Sequence record: OX922092.1
Length of the DNA: 32,000 bases
Reading direction: 5' to 3' (one strand)
Shown: one piece after another, positions 31,925-32,000 of the stretch
Numbering within the stretch: the stretch's first letter is position 1
Layout: each line of letters begins with the position of its first letter
Position numbers and translations under genes: made by a program
The notes under the pieces: model-generated
What the model was told of the DNA's origin: nothing
The model's input: only the letters and a program-made list of their open reading frames with translations
The model's database searches: none

Positions 31925-32000
31925 TTAGCGTTTTGATTTTTTATCATTTTTAATATGACCGCGATAAGTTCGCGTTAAAGCAAATTCCCCTAGCTTGTGT
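31925..32000 (-). CDS. rps19: Ribosomal protein S19, C-terminal end (partial; the gene continues beyond the window end)
   Basis: The reverse complement translates as HKLGEFALTRTYRGHIKNDKKSKR*, matching the conserved S19 C-terminus (GHKLGEFAPTRTFRGH...). The TAA stop is at 31925-31927. Confidence 0.75.
   Translation of the reverse strand, partial: HKLGEFALTRTYRGHIKNDKKSKR

Overview
This window looks like AT-rich plastid DNA from a green alga, most likely a chlorophycean close to Chlamydomonadales. That placement rests on the gene set, a fragmented LSU rRNA, a GTG-initiated psbC and a giant ftsH/ycf2-like ORF. Every gene I can support is on the minus strand. Ordered by + coordinate, they are:
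- the 5' end of the 23S rRNA, with an AT-rich internal spacer
- trnA(UGC) and trnI(GAU)
- a 6.5-kb 16S rRNA gene split by three group I introns, each with a LAGLIDADG ORF; two of the introns are only 23 nt apart
- a 349-aa orphan ORF with DEDD/PolB-exonuclease-like motifs
- a 0.6-kb composite minisatellite block
- chlB and trnR(UCU)
- psbC in three exons, with two group I introns; the first carries a decayed GIY-YIG endonuclease gene
- a 3313-aa ftsH/ycf2-like ORF
- atpB
- the 3' end of rps19

Several families of short GC-rich dispersed repeats and perfect hairpins overlie this map. They occur in spacers, in introns and, in frame, inside coding sequence. I see no bacterial-style defence or secretion system. 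The interesting content is intron and homing-endonuclease biology, repeat invasion of coding sequence, and a possible remnant of a plasmid-type polymerase. All coordinates and motif calls come from manual reading and need alignment or covariance-model confirmation.
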